Part shown: one piece after another, positions 56,248-64,000 of the stretch
Position numbering within the stretch: position 1 is the first letter of the stretch
How the letters are laid out: each line of letters begins with the position of its first letter
Source: Candidatus Doudnabacteria bacterium
GTDB taxonomy: Bacteria; Patescibacteriota; Doudnabacteria; UBA920
Direction: 5' to 3'
DNA length: 64,000 nucleotides
NCBI GenBank assembly: GCA_016788665.1
Contig: JAEUSF010000004.1
Span: forward strand, 29,407-93,406
Notes under the pieces: generated by a model
What the model was told of the DNA's origin: nothing
What the model saw: only the letters and a program-made list of their open reading frames with translations
The model's database searches: none
Made by a program: the position numbers and the translations under genes

Positions 56248-56991
56248 ATGACAAGAACGCTAACGGCGCTCTTTTTATTTGTATGTCTGGTCGCCCAGGC
56301 ATACGGAGTTACCATGACGGTATCGCCGGGCAACATGAACGGCTGGGCATTTATCACCGAAAGCGGGACACCTACAGGCACCCTAGTTAATGGACCCGGA
56401 TCCCCGCCTGCGGGTACCGGAAGTGCAGAATTCACCGTATTGACTTCCGGCGACCGCTTACTGCTTTCCACGCTCAACCACAACGGGCTCGGGCTGTCCG
56501 AAATTACTACCCTGTCTTATAGCACATACCGTCAAGCCGGCGGAAGCGCCCTTGCGGTATCCCTTCAGTTCGACATCGACACCGATTCGACGGATGCAAA
56601 CACCAGCTGGATGGGACGTCTCGTATACGAGGCATACTATACCCAGACTGTACTGGACAACACCTGGCAGACCTGGAACACGATGACCACCGGGGCCAAC
56701 TGGTGGTTCTCAGGCGCTCCTGGGAACGCAACTTGTTCTATCGGTTCACCCTGCACGTGGGCTCAAGTCCTCACCGCCTTTCCAAATGCCGCCATAAACG
56801 GCAATACGAACCTTAAGGGCGGAGGCGGGTGGAGTGGCTTCATTGGTAATGTGGATAATCTACGCCTCGCTACTCAGAGGTTTGATACAACCTACGACTT
56901 TGAAGCTCAAAATCAGGTACCCGAACCATCGACGCTTCTGCTTATGAGCATAGGGCTCGCAGGTCTCTGGGCAAAACGCAGGCGGTCATAA
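56248..56991 (+). CDS. Secreted PEP-CTERM sorting-signal protein, GC-rich
   Basis: Signal peptide MTRTLTALFLFVCLVAQAYG. C-terminal VPEPSTLLLMSIGLAGLWAKRRRS is PEP + hydrophobic helix + Arg cluster. Roughly 55% GC by eye. Confidence 0.6.
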   Translation: MTRTLTALFLFVCLVAQAYGVTMTVSPGNMNGWAFITESGTPTGTLVNGPGSPPAGTGSAEFTVLTSGDRLLLSTLNHNGLGLSEITTLSYSTYRQAGGSALAVSLQFDIDTDSTDANTSWMGRLVYEAYYTQTVLDNTWQTWNTMTTGANWWFSGAPGNATCSIGSPCTWAQVLTAFPNAAINGNTNLKGGGGWSGFIGNVDNLRLATQRFDTTYDFEAQNQVPEPSTLLLMSIGLAGLWAKRRRS

Positions 56992-57006
56992 CTGACCCGC
57001 CCTTTA

Positions 57007-57043
57007 ACAGTCGACACCTATTTGGTGAAGACTGTCTTTTTTT
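57007..57043 (+). terminator. Weak terminator-like hairpin plus T8 after the PEP-CTERM gene
   Basis: ACAGTC..GACTGT stem with a long loop, followed by CTTTTTTT. Confidence 0.3.
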
Positions 57044-57665
57044 ATTTATATTCAACAATTTTACCAGCCTGAATTTCCACCCTGTCAGCCAGCCTTAAAT
57101 TTTTTACCTGCTCTTTGCTCAATATTTTAAAATGTTTTATTTTGTCCAAAGCTTTAGGGACTGCAAATAAATTTTTTTCAGTCGTTCTCCAGTCAAGAAA
57201 GTTAAAAGTTCTTAAGTCGCATAAACTACTATACTCTCTTAAATTCTTTCTTCCCCGCTCGTCAAAATACTCATGAAAAAAAGAAAGTGCCAGCTCCCTT
57301 ATATTTTTATAAATAGGCTCGCGGTACCTTAAAACCGCGTGGTTGGTTTTACTTAACGCACCCAAGCTGCCATATTTTTCAAATACGCAAACCACATGGT
57401 CAAAATCATCCTTGTTAGCTCTTAAGTCCATAACCAAAGGCTTGTGGCCGCAAAATTCCAAAGCAGCCGCGGCAAACATAGCCCCTTCCATGCAATGGGC
57501 TTTTTTAGTTTGCATAACAAAACGCGGCGACATACAAGTTTCCCCGCCTTTTTCAAAGTTAAACTTTAAAGAATTCAAATAATCTTGAATTTTCTGGGGT
57601 GTACTTAAACGCTTAAATACCTCGAGCTCGCTTTTCGTGTATAAATTCTTAATTCCTAATTCCAT
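57042..57665 (-). CDS. Hypothetical protein with a transglutaminase-like Cys-His-Asp core (putative)
   Basis: AHCMEGAMFAAAALEFCGHKP resembles the G-C-x-x-F-A TGase-core pattern, with His/Asp downstream; 207 aa. Confidence 0.35.
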   Translation of the reverse strand: MELGIKNLYTKSELEVFKRLSTPQKIQDYLNSLKFNFEKGGETCMSPRFVMQTKKAHCMEGAMFAAAALEFCGHKPLVMDLRANKDDFDHVVCVFEKYGSLGALSKTNHAVLRYREPIYKNIRELALSFFHEYFDERGRKNLREYSSLCDLRTFNFLDWRTTEKNLFAVPKALDKIKHFKILSKEQVKNLRLADRVEIQAGKIVEYK

Positions 57666-57675
57666 ATTCCAAGTT

Positions 57676-58620
57676 CTATTTTTTTACCCCATGTCCGCCA
57701 AATTGCTTTCTTAAAAGCGCTACAATTTTGTTTGAAAACTTTTGCTGATTCTTTTCCTCTACCGACTCCTTCCTTACATTCACCGAGTCCTCTATAACCC
57801 TTGCGTCTATACCCAGCTCTTTAGCAGCCTCCACAGTCCATTCGCCCTCCCCGAGCATAGCAATTTGACCCTTGGTACCTTCTATATCTTCCTGCTCAAA
57901 AATATTTCGCGTTAAATCTATTAGCCAACTTCTTATAACCGTACCTTGTTGGTAAATTTTGGTAACTTGAAGCAGATCTAAATCCAATTTTGAAGCTTTC
58001 ATTATACCGTAGCCCTCAGCTATTGCTTCCATCATGCCATACTCAATACCGTTATGGACCATTTTAACAAAATGCCCCGCCCCGTTTTTCCCCACCAATC
58101 CAAAATTTTCACCCGCCGAAAGCGCCTTAAAAACCCCATCAACTTCCTTCCATTTTTCCTTTTCACCCCCCACCATAAGAGCAAAACCATTTTTTTCTCC
58201 CCACACGCCCCCGCTCGTGCCACAATCATAAAAAGCTATACCTTTTTGCTTAAGCTCTTTTGCGGTTTGTATAGAATCTTTATAAAAACTATTTCCCCCG
58301 TCTATAACAACATCGCCCTTTTTTAAAAGCCCGCCCAATAAACTCTTGTTAAAAATAAAGTCTTTTACCAACTCATGAGGCAGCATAATCCAAAAAACTC
58401 TTGGCCCTTCGCCCATATCCCCAACCAAATCGTCTATGCTGGAGTATGCCTTGCTTTTGACTTTCGACTTGTCATTTGTCCCTGAAAAAAAATCTCCAAT
58501 TTCTTTCCGTGGACCTTCGCTCCTGTTCCAGGCTAACACCTCAAAGCCGTTTTTACTAAGGCGCTTTGCTATTTGCATACCCATCTTACCCAAACCAAAC
58601 ACAGCAATTGTCTTTTTCAT
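57676..58620 (-). CDS. gnd: 6-phosphogluconate dehydrogenase-like NAD(P)-dependent dehydrogenase (short, YqeC/Gnd-like)
   Basis: N-terminal Rossmann IAVFGLGKMGMQIAKRL; 6PGDH C-terminal domain; 314 aa. Confidence 0.75.
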   Translation of the reverse strand: MKKTIAVFGLGKMGMQIAKRLSKNGFEVLAWNRSEGPRKEIGDFFSGTNDKSKVKSKAYSSIDDLVGDMGEGPRVFWIMLPHELVKDFIFNKSLLGGLLKKGDVVIDGGNSFYKDSIQTAKELKQKGIAFYDCGTSGGVWGEKNGFALMVGGEKEKWKEVDGVFKALSAGENFGLVGKNGAGHFVKMVHNGIEYGMMEAIAEGYGIMKASKLDLDLLQVTKIYQQGTVIRSWLIDLTRNIFEQEDIEGTKGQIAMLGEGEWTVEAAKELGIDARVIEDSVNVRKESVEEKNQQKFSNKIVALLRKQFGGHGVKK

Positions 58621-58908
58621 ACTTATTTTTAAAGGTTTATTAAGATAATATTAACTTTTAACTATTTACAAAACTCTCATTTTATGGTATTATATCATCC
58701 GATGCACAATCAAGACTATATTGAGCTTTTCACGGCGGGACAAATCCCGCCAGAGGCAGCCATCATGGCTGCAAAAAAAGATAGAGCGAATCAAAGACTC
58801 GGATCCCCCCGAAGGGGATACGAAAAGCTGCAGGAGGAAAACAACGAGCGCTGATTACTTCAATCAGCAGCAAACTTCTTTAGCCGTCTGCTTTACAAAG
58901 ACGGCTTT

Positions 58909-59466
58909 TTATTTTGGCTTCATTAAACTTACAAATTTCTTTTTAAATTTTTCTAATTTAGGGTTTATAATCACCATGCAATACGGATTATTTCTATTTC
59001 TTTCAAAATAGTTCTTATGATAGCCTTCCGCCTCATAAAACTTCTGAAAAGGTGTAATTTCTGTAACTATAGGCGAATTAAATACCTTGTCGTTCTCCAA
59101 TTCATTCACAAACTCTTCTGTTTCTTTTTTTTGCTCTTCGTTAGTATAAAACACAACACTCCTATATTGCTCACCAACGTCGTTCCCCTGTTTGTTTAAA
59201 GTGGTAGGATCATGCGTAGAAAAGAAAACCTCAAGCAAATCACGATAATTTATTTCTTCTGGGTCAAATTCCACTTTTATTGCCTCAGCGTGTCCCGTGT
59301 TACCTAACGACACCTGTTCATAGGTCGGGTCTTCCACCCTGCCTCCGCTATAACCTGGCATAACCGACTGTACACCCCTTAACCCTAAAAAAATAGCCTC
59401 CGTGCACCAAAAACATCCTCCCCCAAAAACCGCTGACTGCAATAAATTGTTTTTTTCTATATTCAT
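58909..59466 (-). CDS. msrA: Peptide-methionine (S)-S-oxide reductase
   Basis: GGGCFWCTEA active-site motif; 185 aa. Confidence 0.9.
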   Translation of the reverse strand: MNIEKNNLLQSAVFGGGCFWCTEAIFLGLRGVQSVMPGYSGGRVEDPTYEQVSLGNTGHAEAIKVEFDPEEINYRDLLEVFFSTHDPTTLNKQGNDVGEQYRSVVFYTNEEQKKETEEFVNELENDKVFNSPIVTEITPFQKFYEAEGYHKNYFERNRNNPYCMVIINPKLEKFKKKFVSLMKPK

Positions 59467-60029
59467 CGGATAATTCTTATTTCTAAAAGGCTTTTTCTTA
59501 ACTTTTTATAATTAGGCTGAGTTTTAAAAACCAGCTGCCAAAAATTACTACCGTGGTTCAATTCTTTTAAATGACAAAGCTCATGAACCACCAAGTAGTC
59601 TGCCAGTTCTTCTGGCAAGTCCAAAATTTTATAGTGAAAGCTTAAATTCCCTTTCCGACTACAACTTCCCCACCGAGTTTTTTGGTTCTTTATGCTTATG
59701 CGATTATAACCAAACCCGTAAAATGCATTCCACTTTCTAACCTTCTCTTCCGCATATTTTTTTGCCGTCTCTTTCTTTAACAAAAATTCACCTGCTGTGA
59801 CCCTTAGGCTTGGCGCCAATTTAACTTTCTCAAAATACTTTAGCTTTTTTAAAACCCAACTCGCTTTTAACCTTAAAAAGTTTTCAAAAACACTTTCCTG
59901 AGCAAAATAAGGCAAAGTCACAACTAGCCCGGTCTCGCAGCTCACCGAAATACTCACCCTCCTTGCTTTAATACTTTTATAAAGCTTATAGCTGACTTTT
60001 TGATTTTGGAGCTCTATTTCTTTTTCCAT
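59463..60029 (-). CDS. DUF45/YgjP-like zinc metallohydrolase (M48-related)
   Basis: YLVVHELCHLKELNHGSNFW has HExxH plus a downstream H; 188 aa. Confidence 0.6.
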   Translation of the reverse strand: MEKEIELQNQKVSYKLYKSIKARRVSISVSCETGLVVTLPYFAQESVFENFLRLKASWVLKKLKYFEKVKLAPSLRVTAGEFLLKKETAKKYAEEKVRKWNAFYGFGYNRISIKNQKTRWGSCSRKGNLSFHYKILDLPEELADYLVVHELCHLKELNHGSNFWQLVFKTQPNYKKLRKSLLEIRIIR

Positions 60030-60328
60030 CTATATTTTTCCATTTCTATACTAAAATTAGCCGTAACTTCCACACCTTCTTCTTCCAATAAAATTTTTTG
60101 CAAACTTTTTGTGGCAGAAAAATTCCCTTTTATGCTTATATTCCCTTGGCTGTTTAAAACCCGCCACCAAGGAAGCGAACCCAAGTCCTGTACACTTTTT
60201 AGAATTGCCCCCACCTGCCTTGCTGCCCTTATATTTCCGCATATTGCTGCAATTTGTCCATAACTAGCCACACGCCCTTTCGGAATCTGTCCAACTGCCA
60301 AAATTACCTTTTCTTTAAAACTTCTCAT
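60014..60328 (-). CDS. Alkyltransferase-like protein (MGMT DNA-binding domain with Trp replacing the acceptor Cys)
   Basis: VASYGQIAAICG..AARQVGAIL is the MGMT helix-turn-helix. The active-site motif reads PWWRV instead of PCHRV. 104 aa; overlaps the upstream gene by 16 nt. Confidence 0.6.
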   Translation of the reverse strand: MRSFKEKVILAVGQIPKGRVASYGQIAAICGNIRAARQVGAILKSVQDLGSLPWWRVLNSQGNISIKGNFSATKSLQKILLEEEGVEVTANFSIEMEKYRWKKK

Positions 60329-60392
60329 ATTTAATTGTACTATATATAATCTTATTTGACAAAAATTGCCCTATGTGACATAATTAATCACT

Positions 60393-61718
60393 ATGAATTC
60401 AAACATCTCAACACAATCTTTCAATGGATTAAGTATTGCACCAAAACTTTTAGAAATACTTGATAAAAACAGTTTTAAGATTCCAACACCTATCCAATTA
60501 CAATCTATACCAACCGCACTGGAAGGTAAAGATATTATGGGAATTGCTCAAACCGGCACCGGCAAAACCTTGGCTTTTGGCATACCCATGCTGCAAAGGC
60601 TGGCAATAAATAAAGGCAAAGGTCTTGTATTACTCCCCACCAGAGAGCTAGCAGTTCAGGTAGATGAATCTTTAAACAAAATTGGCAGGCCTTTAGGGCT
60701 TAAGACCGCAATTCTGATAGGCGGTGAAAGTATGGGCAAACAACTCAGGCAAATTAGAAACAATCCCCACCTAATTATTGCAACCCCTGGCAGGCTTATA
60801 GACCACCTAGAACAGAAAAGCATAAAACTCGACGCAGTGAACATTTTAGTCTTAGACGAAGCAGACAGAATGCTAGACATGGGTTTTGCTCCGCAAATAA
60901 AGAAAATTCTAAACTTGGTTCCCAAAGACAGGCAGACCATGCTCTTTTCAGCAACCATGCCGACAGGAATTGTCGACATTGCCAAAAATTATCTCAAGTT
61001 GCCAGTACGTATAGAAGTAGCACCTCAAGGCTCCTCTTCTAAAAATATAACTCAGGAACTATTCGTTGTCAGAAAAGAACAAAAAATTCACTTGCTGGAA
61101 AGCCTCTTAAAAGAATATTCGGGCAGCGTTTTAATTTTCAGCCGAACCAAATTTGGGGCAAAAAAAATTGCTGCGCAAATTAGACGCATGGGCCACAGCT
61201 CCACCGAAATTCATTCCAACAGATCTTTAAGCCAACGCCTAGAGGCTTTAAACGGCTTTAAGCTTGGAAAATATAAGATTATGGTCGCAACAGACATAGC
61301 CGCTCGAGGTATAGACGTAACAGGAATAGAAGTTGTCATAAACTTTGACCTCCCCCAACAAGCTGAAGACTATGTGCACAGAATTGGCCGTACCGGCCGA
61401 GCGAGCCACTTGGGACATGCCATTACTTTTGCAACACCTGACCAAAGATTAGACGTACGAGCAATTGAAAGATTAATAAAAAAAGAACTTCCGGTTTCAA
61501 AACTACCTCCTGCCCTACCTTCAGAAACCCCTGAAGCCAGGCCGCAGAGAGATTTCAAGCACACTGAATACCCGGCCAGAAATTCACCTTACAAAGCGAA
61601 GAAAAACTTTAAAGATGCAGAGCTAAAACCTGCTTATGCCCAAAAACGAGGGGAAAGCGGACAAGGCTACTTCATTCAAAAACCTCAATATAAAAGTCGT
61701 TTCGGAAAACGCCGATAA
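60393..61718 (+). CDS. DEAD-box ATP-dependent RNA helicase
   Basis: Q motif, AQTGTGKT, DEAD (VLDEADRML), SAT, HRIGRTGRAG; 441 aa. Confidence 0.9.
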   Translation: MNSNISTQSFNGLSIAPKLLEILDKNSFKIPTPIQLQSIPTALEGKDIMGIAQTGTGKTLAFGIPMLQRLAINKGKGLVLLPTRELAVQVDESLNKIGRPLGLKTAILIGGESMGKQLRQIRNNPHLIIATPGRLIDHLEQKSIKLDAVNILVLDEADRMLDMGFAPQIKKILNLVPKDRQTMLFSATMPTGIVDIAKNYLKLPVRIEVAPQGSSSKNITQELFVVRKEQKIHLLESLLKEYSGSVLIFSRTKFGAKKIAAQIRRMGHSSTEIHSNRSLSQRLEALNGFKLGKYKIMVATDIAARGIDVTGIEVVINFDLPQQAEDYVHRIGRTGRASHLGHAITFATPDQRLDVRAIERLIKKELPVSKLPPALPSETPEARPQRDFKHTEYPARNSPYKAKKNFKDAELKPAYAQKRGESGQGYFIQKPQYKSRFGKRR

Positions 61719-61734
61719 CCTTCTTTAAAAAAAA

Positions 61735-61762
61735 CCGCTCTCTAAAGAGAGCGGTTTTTTTT
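61735..61762. terminator. Rho-independent terminator CCGCTCTC-taaa-GAGAGCGG + T8 (A-run upstream; bidirectional)
   Basis: Perfect 8-bp stem flanked by A7 and T8. Confidence 0.65.
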
Positions 61763-61999
61763 ATACCACATTTTTTTTACAAGACCCAATGACCATGTTG
61801 AAATAAAGTAACCAAATACTGGAACTATCGCCTTTAATACAGCCAAAGACTCATTGATAACTAAAAGCCAACCAAAAGAAATAAAATAAGTTAAAGTAAC
61901 AATAAGCAGCCTTCTCGTCAGGCTTGTCTCCCAAGCCTTGTCCGCTTCCACTCTTGTATTCCGCTCCTTAATTTCTAATATTTCTTTTTCTAAATTCAT
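61742..61999 (-). CDS. Hypothetical 2-TM membrane protein (85 aa)
   Basis: Two hydrophobic helices; no motif. Confidence 0.3.
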   Translation of the reverse strand: MNLEKEILEIKERNTRVEADKAWETSLTRRLLIVTLTYFISFGWLLVINESLAVLKAIVPVFGYFISTWSLGLVKKMWYKKNRSL

Positions 62000-62768
62000 A
62001 TTTTACAAGTTCAATTGCCATAAAAAGTGGAAACTCTTTCCTAGCAATATTTTCTGCTTTGGCCCGAGGGCCCGAGTCACTCTTTTTAAGAGAAACCCAC
62101 TCTTCTAAATTTTCTACTACTAACTGATTTTTGTAAAAGGCCTTAAAGTAAGCCTGGAGAGGCCGGTGAAAAGAATATGTGGTGTTAAAAACCTTTTTAC
62201 CCGGATGCATATCCATTACCTTGCTGCTCTCAGTTAAATAAGAATCAACTCGCCTATACTGCACATTTTGTTTACTGTCGTACTCCCAACTAGACTTTCC
62301 TGGTACCCTGAAAGCGGGATGATTTAGCACAACAACACAGCGTCCGCCGGGTTTTAGAATACGAGATATTTCACTTACAGTATTTTGATAATTTTTTATA
62401 TTTTGTAAAGCCAAAATTATTACCGCAGCATCATATGTGGAAGATTTTATATTTTCCATCTTCTCAGCATTGGCAACTAAATACACACCCTTTGGGTCTT
62501 GCTGTTTCGCAATTTTTATTAGCTCCTGGCCAATATCTACACCCGTAACCTTAGCTCCAATACACCCAAATTCTCTGGCAAAAAACCCGCTGCCGCAGGC
62601 GACGTCTAAAACAAGTTCCCCTGCCTTTAAATTAAGCATGCGGAGCAAGTTAGGTTTTATGACCGTGTTTTGATAACTCGCATCGTCGCTAACAACCTTT
62701 TCGTACCAATTTGCCACATTTCCCCACGATGTATTTTGCTTTTTTAATTTTTGCATGTTTTTGGGCAA
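61968..62768 (-). CDS. Class I SAM-dependent methyltransferase
   Basis: Motif I LVLDVACGSGFFAREF; 266 aa. Confidence 0.7.
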   Translation of the reverse strand: MPKNMQKLKKQNTSWGNVANWYEKVVSDDASYQNTVIKPNLLRMLNLKAGELVLDVACGSGFFAREFGCIGAKVTGVDIGQELIKIAKQQDPKGVYLVANAEKMENIKSSTYDAAVIILALQNIKNYQNTVSEISRILKPGGRCVVVLNHPAFRVPGKSSWEYDSKQNVQYRRVDSYLTESSKVMDMHPGKKVFNTTYSFHRPLQAYFKAFYKNQLVVENLEEWVSLKKSDSGPRAKAENIARKEFPLFMAIELVKYEFRKRNIRN

Positions 62769-62783
62769 TCAAATTTAACCCAT

Positions 62784-64000
62784 TTACTTTGTCCACCAAT
62801 TTTTTAAATCTTTGGCAATCCAAGCTTCCGCCTCTTTCGGACCGTTCGTCCCCTGTTCATAAACATAAGTAGGCGCCTTAGTAAACTGACTACTTTCTGT
62901 TATGGAGTCAACAAACTTCCATGAAGCCTCAATTTCGTCGCTCCTTATGAAGAGACGTTGATCCCCCTCCATAAAATCCAACAAAAGTCTTTCGTATGCA
63001 GATGGAATTTCACCTTTGAAAACTGACTTGTACCCAAACTCCAAATTAGCCTGGTAAAGCTCTATCCCAAATCCAGGTATTTTGTTGTTAATTTGCAAAT
63101 AAACAGATTCGTCAGGCTGAATCTTAAAGGTTAGCACGTTAGAATCACAACCTTTAAAAAGACACCTTACCGGTTCCTTAAAATGAACAGATATTTCAGT
63201 CGTTTTTTTAGAAAGCTTTTTTCCCGACCTTAAATAAAACGGGACTCCGGCCCATCTAGGTAAATTAACAAAGGTTTTAAGAGCAAAATACGTCTCTGTT
63301 GTTGTTTTTCCTCCAACCTCTTTTTCATAACTTTTGTACTGCCCTTTAACTAGCTGATTTTTTATTTTTTCTGCATCAAAGGTATCTAGTGCCTTAAGAA
63401 CCCTTAACTTTTCGTCTCGTATCATTTCCGCAGTCAAATTATAAGGTTCGTCCATTGCTATAAGCGCGAGCATTTGCAAAATGTGGTTTTGTAGAAAATC
63501 TTTAATGGCGCCCGTTTCGTTATAGTAAGCCGTCCTGTCTTCTACGCCACCTTTTTCCAACACGGAAATTTCTACGTGGTCTATATACTTATTATTCCAT
63601 AATGGTTCAAACAAACTATTAGCAAACCTCACAACCATAAGGTTCTGAACGGTCTCTTTACCAGCGTAATGATCTATTCTATAAATTTGGTCTTCTTTAA
63701 AGTACTTAAGCAAAAGCTTGTTCAAACTTTGGGCGGATTTCAAGTTAAAGCCGAACGGTTTTTCCACCAAAACTCTCGCCTGCCGTTTGTGAGCAGTACA
63801 AGATACTAACAAACCTTGGTCTTTAAGGATTTGTGCCAAACTCGAAAACTGCTGGGGTTTTGTTGCAAAATAAAAAAGCCGATTGTAGCACTCGTGCTCT
63901 GCCTGGTCGTGATCAGACAACAATTTAGCCAACGCACCAAAACTTTCCGGCCTGTCAAAGTCGCCTTGGAAGTAAACAAGTTTCTTTAAAAATTCAGACC
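62784..64000 (-). CDS. zwf: Glucose-6-phosphate dehydrogenase, 5'-truncated by the window edge
   Basis: RIDHYAGKE active-site motif. The frame stays open beyond the called TTG at 63932: upstream in-frame codons read ...LVYFQGDFDRPESFGA, G6PD-like. The N-terminal NADP domain is outside the window. Confidence 0.85.
   Translation of the reverse strand, partial: SEFLKKLVYFQGDFDRPESFGALAKLLSDHDQAEHECYNRLFYFATKPQQFSSLAQILKDQGLLVSCTAHKRQARVLVEKPFGFNLKSAQSLNKLLLKYFKEDQIYRIDHYAGKETVQNLMVVRFANSLFEPLWNNKYIDHVEISVLEKGGVEDRTAYYNETGAIKDFLQNHILQMLALIAMDEPYNLTAEMIRDEKLRVLKALDTFDAEKIKNQLVKGQYKSYEKEVGGKTTTETYFALKTFVNLPRWAGVPFYLRSGKKLSKKTTEISVHFKEPVRCLFKGCDSNVLTFKIQPDESVYLQINNKIPGFGIELYQANLEFGYKSVFKGEIPSAYERLLLDFMEGDQRLFIRSDEIEASWKFVDSITESSQFTKAPTYVYEQGTNGPKEAEAWIAKDLKNWWTK

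Noticed and set aside
56232-56731. Minus-strand ORFs of 83 and 74 aa inside the PEP-CTERM gene
   Set aside because: Artefacts of high GC (few stop codons) opposite a gene with clear signal-peptide and PEP-CTERM features.
63930-63932. TTG called as the start of zwf
   Set aside because: The reading frame stays open to the window edge and the upstream codons encode G6PD-like sequence (YFQGDFDRPESF); the gene is 5'-truncated by the window, not initiated here.

Overview
This is an AT-rich bacterial chromosomal segment with interspersed GC-rich islands; composition was judged by eye, not computed. From 253 to 37211 essentially every gene lies on the minus strand, in this order: the str operon (rpsL-rpsG-fusA); an M50 protease; maf; tRNA-Pro; a four-helix-bundle protein; parB; tRNA-Leu; PAP2 and uppP phosphatases; glyA; a Nudix protein; an MFS transporter; tsaC; leuS; tatD; metG; an AI-2E transporter; nfo; a second Nudix protein; an M16 peptidase; a PepP/M24 aminopeptidase; a DUF559 endonuclease cassette; glyQS; tgt; two hypotheticals; pnp; rpsO; and an ATP-grasp protein. 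The rest of the window holds, in order: a Xer-type tyrosine recombinase; two tRNA-Arg genes; a pseudouridine synthase; a C39-like peptidase; an ABC exporter; an Nramp transporter; a CBS/MgtE_N protein; a holin-family protein; a GT2 glycosyltransferase; a complete cytochrome bo3-type quinol oxidase operon (cyoABCD plus cyoE); tRNA-His; an msrB-X-bshB-bshA cluster; a GC-rich PEP-CTERM protein; 6PGDH; msrA; a DUF45 metallohydrolase; an alkyltransferase-like protein; a DEAD-box helicase; a SAM methyltransferase; and a 5'-truncated zwf. The small genes, low-complexity extensions on housekeeping proteins and lone Xer recombinase fit a reduced-genome or CPR/Saccharibacteria-like organism, but that is inference only. 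The most unusual observations are: (1) a SAM-dependent methyltransferase domain inserted in-frame into LeuS; (2) a DUF559 endonuclease gene embedded between two direct copies of a composite GGAGG/CCTCC hairpin-array module and duplicating the glyQS 3' terminator; (3) a 21-24 bp AT-rich dispersed repeat (TTTGAAATTTGTAATTTGAAATT) inserted in the same frame in leuS, nfo and pepP, where it encodes ISN(Y/F/L)K, and also present in intergenic DNA; (4) an msrB-linked BshA/BshB-type thiol-glycoside operon with an unidentified third gene; (5) several GC-rich islands or genes (7.2-9.2 kb next to tRNA-Pro, the PEP-CTERM gene, small ORFs inside conserved operons) that look horizontally acquired or structured-RNA-bearing.
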